Shown here: in pieces, positions 46,726 through 51,290 of the stretch
Layout of the letters: every line of letters starts with the position of its first letter
Position numbering within the stretch: position 1 is the first letter of the stretch
Origin: an uncultured delta proteobacterium
Lineage (GTDB): Bacteria; Desulfobacterota; Binatia; UBA9968
DNA length: 51,290 nt
Assembly (NCBI GenBank): GCA_963755715.1
Contig: CAVWLW010000022.1
Coordinates: forward strand, 1 to 51,290
Reading direction: 5' to 3'
Program-made: the position numbers and the translations under genes
Notes under the pieces: generated by a model
Seen by the model: the letters and a program-made list of their open reading frames with translations, nothing else
The model's database searches: none
What the model was told of the DNA's origin: nothing

Positions 46726-49700
46726 ATGATTGAGCCCGCTTCGACGAACCAAATTATTCGGACGGGCGGGCCGGACCGTGGCGCGAATTCTCCAATACGG
46801 CTCTTAACCGTTGGCCTGCTGGTTGGTGCGGCGTACTATATCGGCTCGTTGATTGGTTTCGCTCTTACGTTTCCGGACAGCGCAGTCTCCGTACTCTGGC
46901 CTCCGAACGCGATTGTCTTCACCGCGCTACTGCTCATGCCGATTCGAAGATGGTGGGTAGTGCTTCTCGGCGTTTTTCCGGTCCACATAGCCGTCCAGTT
47001 ACAGAGCGGCGTGCCAATTTTGCTGATTCTGTTTTGGTTTATTAGCAACGCTGCGGAAGCATTGATCGGCGCAATTTGTCTGCGCCGTTTCGTCGAACGT
47101 CAAGCAGATTTTGCCGGTCTAAAAAACCTCGCTATCTACCTCGCTGTGGCGATTCTCGCGCCGTTTCTGGGCTCTTTTATCGATGCGTCATTCGTCTCGC
47201 TCGTCGGCTGGAAAGGAAATACTTATTGGCAAACTTGGCTGATGCGCTTTCCATCGAATGTTCTGGCCGCCCTCATGATTCCTCCCCTCGCTATCCTATG
47301 GTTTGATCGCGGTGCGGCTTTCTTGCGCAGCATTTCCTGGTGGCGGGGTGCCGAGGCTTCTATTTTGGCATTTGGGCTGATCACGACCGGTTTGACGGTA
47401 TTCTGTTGGGCAACAGTCGGCCCAGGAGCGATGACGGTATTGATTTATTTGCCGCTGCCGTTTTTTCTGTGGGCCGCGGTGAGATTTGGACAACTGGGAG
47501 CGAGCACGGCATTTTTGCTCGTTGTGATGACATCAATTTGTGGTGCTTTCCAGGGGAATGGTCCTTTTCTCAGCCAATTCCCCGCAAGGAATGTTTTATC
47601 TCTTCAGCTCTTTCTCATTGCAATTGTTCTCCCGATGATGTTTCTCGCCGCGTTTGTCGAGGAGCAAAAGTACAAAACGGAAGTCGTACGTGAGATCAAG
47701 CCGTGGAGCGCGGCCTTCAATGGTAAACGACTATCCCTGTACCTTAGTCTCGGACTGACTGCGATCGCGATGTGGGCCGCCTACTATTTTGGCTCTTTGG
47801 TGGATCTGGCGTTCGTGTATCCAGCGTCGTATTTCTCCGCCCTTTGGCCTGCCAATGCAGTTCTCCTAGCTGCGCTGTTGCTTAATCCACCACGCTACTG
47901 GTCGGTGTTCTTGCTGGCTGGTGCAGTTGCTCACGTCGTCGCCCAGAGACAGTTCGGCACTCCCGGATTGGAGCTTGACCTATACTACCTCTACGATTGC
48001 GCTCTTGTGGCAGTGACGGCCTTAGCCGTACGCCAATTCGGAGCAATCAATGGCGATCTTGGAAATTTGCGCCGTAGCATTATCTTCGTAGGCCAAATCA
48101 CCGCAGCCACCGCTTTGATGGCTTGGGGCTGGCCGCTAATCCAAATTTCCGTCGGCTATGGAAGCGACAACATTTGGTTGGAATGGCGTCATGCATTTTT
48201 ATCTAACTTATTGCCCTTCTTAATCCTAACTCCGGGTATCGTACTCGGTTCGACCCGCGGAGCCGAAATCATCAAGAGAGCTTCCCTCAAACAGTGGATG
48301 GAGATGATCGTCATACTAGCGGGGGTACTCGGCAGCGGTATTGGAGTGTTTGGTCTAAAATCACACGCCTTGGGCAACTTCCCTGCGCTGCTCTATATTC
48401 CCCTGCCGTTCTTGTTGTGGGCAGCGGTTCGCTTGGGACTGGTTGGCCTGTCGCTTTCATTTCTAGCGTTTGCGTTCATGACGATGTTGAATGCACTTGC
48501 TGGCAATGGTCCGTTCGTTAGCCAATTGCCGGCCGATAATGTTTTTTGGCTACAGATGTTCTTGATTGTTCTTTATTTCCCGCTTCTTCTGCTGGCGTCT
48601 CTTTTTGAAGAACGGTTTGAGAAAATCCAGATCCTCGGCGAGACGGAAAATCGGTTTCGAAATCTTGCGGACGCGGCGCCCATAATGATCTGGGTATCCA
48701 ACACGGACAAACTTTGCTCGTTTTTTAGCAAAGGTTGGCTCGACTTCACGGGACGAACGCTTGACCAGGAGCTTGGCAACGGCTGGTCCGAAGGAGTGCA
48801 CCCGGACGATCTCGATCGTTGTCTTCGGACGTACATGGAATCCTTTGACAGACGGCAAGACTTTTCGATGGAATATCGGTTGCGCAGAGCTGACGGCGAA
48901 TATCGATGGATTCTCAATAACGGTATGCCGCGCTTCGGGCCCGACGGCATCTTCCTCGGGTATATGGGTTCTGCCGTGGATATAAGCGAGCGCAAGCAAG
49001 CGGAGTCCCGGCTAAATGCACAATACGACATCACCCGGATACTTTCGGAGTCTGCTTCGATGGCCGAGGCTGCGCCGAAAATCTTGCAATCGATCTGCTC
49101 CTGTCTTGATTGGCAATACGGCGAAATTTGGCAAGTAGACCAGGAAACAAACATCCTGACATCTCGCGCAAGCTGGCACTTGCCATCGCAAGACTTAGCC
49201 GAATTCTGGTCCGCGAGTCGGCAAGTTACCTTTGCCCCCGGTGTCGGTTCGCCGGGCCGCGTTTGGCAAACCTGTCAACCCACGTGGATTCCCGACGTAA
49301 CGGCTGATAACAATTTTTCGCGCAAGTCGTTGGCCGCCGAGGCAGGTCTTCATAGCGCTTGCGCGTTCCCCATCCATCGAGGCGACGAGGCCTTCGGTGT
49401 CATGGGTTTTTTTAGCCGCGAGATTCGTAAGCCCGACGAAGTGCTGCTCCAAATGATGTCTAACGTCGGCAGCCAAATGGGACTGTTCGTTGAGCGCAAG
49501 CGGGCGGAGCGGGCCCTTCGTGAAAGCGAGGCGCGACTGAAGCTGGCAATGGAAAGTGCTCGTATGGGGTATTGGGAATTGGAAGTTGACACTCGCAAGG
49601 TTACACGGTCTGAGGGACTAGAGCGCATATTGGGTGTGACTCCGGGAAGCCTGAAATCGAATCTGGCAGATTTTTTGGCCATGGTCCATCCGGAAGATCG

Positions 49701-51290
49701 CGAGAAGATTCGCTTGCGAGCTGAGCGAGCTCTTCAGACCACGGAAATTTCCGATAGTGAATATCGAATCGTCCGGCCTGACGGTTCGATTCGCTGGATC
49801 GCCGGGCGAGGCCACGCGATTTTTGGGTCCGATGGTCACGTCTCGGTATTGCTCGGGTTATCTACCGACATCACCGAGCGCAAGCAAGTCGAGGAGGCGC
49901 TACGCGATAGCGAAAGTCTGCGGCGCACAATTTTTGAGTCAGAACCGGAATGTGTGAAACTGGTGGCACCCGATACTCGCTTGTTGGATATGAATCCGGC
50001 CGGATTAGCCATAATTCAGGCTGATTCTTTAGACGATGTCGTCGGACAGTCCGTTCTCGCGATCGTCGCGCCGGAGTGGCGCGCTACCTATAAAAAACTG
50101 CACGACCGGGTTTGTCAGGGAGAAAGAGGAGTCGCCCAGTTTGAAATCGTGGGACTCAAGGGCAAGCGACGCTGGATGGAGTCGCACGCTGCGCCGCTGC
50201 GGGCGAAGAACGGAAGTATCGTCGCGCAACTTGCGGTCAGTCATGACATCACGGACCGCAAGCGAGCGGAGGAAGAGTTGAAGGAGGCACTAGCGGAGGT
50301 GGAGCGGTTAAAGGAGCGGTTGGAAGCGGAGAACGTGTATTTGCGCTCTGAGGTATCGGGGGTTCATCGGTACGGCGAGATCCTCGGGGAGAGTAAAGGG
50401 ATCGAGAAGGTTTTAGAGCAAGTGGAGCGGGTGGCGCGGACGGACATGACGGTATTGGTGTTGGGCGAGACCGGGACGGGAAAAGAATTGGTGGCGCGAT
50501 TGTTACATGAGAAGAGCGGGCGGCGGGAGCGGCCGTTGGTGAAGGTGAACTGTTCGGCACTGCCGGCGGAGCTGATCGAGAGTGAACTGTTTGGTCATGA
50601 GCGGGGAGCGTTTACGGGGGCGGTATCCAAGCAGGTGGGACGGTTTGAGTTAGCCGATGGTGGGACGATATTTTTGGACGAGGTGGGCGAGTTGCCGTTA
50701 AGGCTGCAGTCGAAGTTATTGAGGGTATTGCAGGAGGGGGAGTTTGAGCGGGTGGGGAGCGGCAAGACGGTCAAGGTCGATGTGCGGGTGATCGCGGCGA
50801 CTAATCGCAATCTGAGTGAAGCGGCGCAACGGGGGAGATTTCGCACCGATTTATACTATCGATTAAATGTTTATCCGATCGAGATTCCGCCGCTGAGGGA
50901 GCGCAGAGAAGATATTGGAATATTGGCAGAGGTATTTTTACAGGAAGCGGGGCGGCGGTTGGGGAAGAGTTTTGGGCAGATACCGAGTGAAGTGATCGAA
51001 GCGTTGCAGGGCTACAGTTGGCCCGGCAACGTGCGCGAGTTGGAGAATGTGATCGGCAGAGCGACCGTCACCTCCACAGGTCTAACCCTCCAACTGCCCG
51101 AAGGATGGAATCAGGCTCAAGGGGCCGAGATTTTTTCACATGCATCACCTTCTGGACTAACTCCAGAAAAAAGCAAAAGCCAGAATGACGGTGGGGAGCT
51201 GCCCTTAACGCTGGAGGAGTTCGAAAGGACACGAATCCTTAAGGTCTTGCATCAAACGAATTGGCGGATTGAGGGGCCGAAGGGGGCGGC
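46726..51290 (+). CDS. membrane-bound sigma-54 enhancer-binding protein, MASE1-MASE1-PAS-GAF-PAS-PAS-AAA+-HTH (3' truncated, >1520 aa; not in ORF track)
   Basis: Hand-translated open frame from ATG 46726 (AGGAGG upstream) to the window end. MASE1-like motifs SVLWPPNA and SALWPANA; PAS motifs VHPDD and DITERK; GETGTGKE at 50464-50487; ESELFGHERGAFTGA; WPGNVRELEN; FhlA-type HTH start TNWRIEGPKGA. Confidence 0.9.
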   Translation, partial: MIEPASTNQIIRTGGPDRGANSPIRLLTVGLLVGAAYYIGSLIGFALTFPDSAVSVLWPPNAIVFTALLLMPIRRWWVVLLGVFPVHIAVQLQSGVPILLILFWFISNAAEALIGAICLRRFVERQADFAGLKNLAIYLAVAILAPFLGSFIDASFVSLVGWKGNTYWQTWLMRFPSNVLAALMIPPLAILWFDRGAAFLRSISWWRGAEASILAFGLITTGLTVFCWATVGPGAMTVLIYLPLPFFLWAAVRFGQLGASTAFLLVVMTSICGAFQGNGPFLSQFPARNVLSLQLFLIAIVLPMMFLAAFVEEQKYKTEVVREIKPWSAAFNGKRLSLYLSLGLTAIAMWAAYYFGSLVDLAFVYPASYFSALWPANAVLLAALLLNPPRYWSVFLLAGAVAHVVAQRQFGTPGLELDLYYLYDCALVAVTALAVRQFGAINGDLGNLRRSIIFVGQITAATALMAWGWPLIQISVGYGSDNIWLEWRHAFLSNLLPFLILTPGIVLGSTRGAEIIKRASLKQWMEMIVILAGVLGSGIGVFGLKSHALGNFPALLYIPLPFLLWAAVRLGLVGLSLSFLAFAFMTMLNALAGNGPFVSQLPADNVFWLQMFLIVLYFPLLLLASLFEERFEKIQILGETENRFRNLADAAPIMIWVSNTDKLCSFFSKGWLDFTGRTLDQELGNGWSEGVHPDDLDRCLRTYMESFDRRQDFSMEYRLRRADGEYRWILNNGMPRFGPDGIFLGYMGSAVDISERKQAESRLNAQYDITRILSESASMAEAAPKILQSICSCLDWQYGEIWQVDQETNILTSRASWHLPSQDLAEFWSASRQVTFAPGVGSPGRVWQTCQPTWIPDVTADNNFSRKSLAAEAGLHSACAFPIHRGDEAFGVMGFFSREIRKPDEVLLQMMSNVGSQMGLFVERKRAERALRESEARLKLAMESARMGYWELEVDTRKVTRSEGLERILGVTPGSLKSNLADFLAMVHPEDREKIRLRAERALQTTEISDSEYRIVRPDGSIRWIAGRGHAIFGSDGHVSVLLGLSTDITERKQVEEALRDSESLRRTIFESEPECVKLVAPDTRLLDMNPAGLAIIQADSLDDVVGQSVLAIVAPEWRATYKKLHDRVCQGERGVAQFEIVGLKGKRRWMESHAAPLRAKNGSIVAQLAVSHDITDRKRAEEELKEALAEVERLKERLEAENVYLRSEVSGVHRYGEILGESKGIEKVLEQVERVARTDMTVLVLGETGTGKELVARLLHEKSGRRERPLVKVNCSALPAELIESELFGHERGAFTGAVSKQVGRFELADGGTIFLDEVGELPLRLQSKLLRVLQEGEFERVGSGKTVKVDVRVIAATNRNLSEAAQRGRFRTDLYYRLNVYPIEIPPLRERREDIGILAEVFLQEAGRRLGKSFGQIPSEVIEALQGYSWPGNVRELENVIGRATVTSTGLTLQLPEGWNQAQGAEIFSHASPSGLTPEKSKSQNDGGELPLTLEEFERTRILKVLHQTNWRIEGPKGA

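Overview
Core housekeeping region of a bacterial chromosome. The RpoB N-terminus and gene order suggest a Deltaproteobacteria-like lineage, which is an inference. In order it holds a partial tRNA, a small two-gene unit plus a decayed mobA, tRNA-Leu, tig-clpP-clpX-lon, tRNA-Val/Asp, rplM-rpsI, lptFG on the minus strand and rlmB. A Thr-Tyr-Gly-Thr tRNA cluster then leads into a continuous ~31 kb ribosomal/RNA polymerase superoperon from tuf to rplQ. Three things deviate from the usual layout: there is no tuf after fusA (fusA overlaps rpsJ), rpmD/L30 is absent from the spc block, and map is split by a -1 frameshift at an A9 run containing A_AAA_AAG. After rplQ come a cupin, a divergent beta-hydroxyacid dehydrogenase and a KptA/Tpt1 RNA 2'-phosphotransferase. 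The window ends inside a >1520-aa ORF that the supplied ORF track misses: a membrane-anchored sigma-54 activator with architecture MASE1-MASE1-PAS-GAF-PAS-PAS-AAA+-HTH. That ORF is the most unusual element here. I saw no CRISPR array, rRNA or recognisable mobile element. All calls come from reading motifs by eye; no searches were run.
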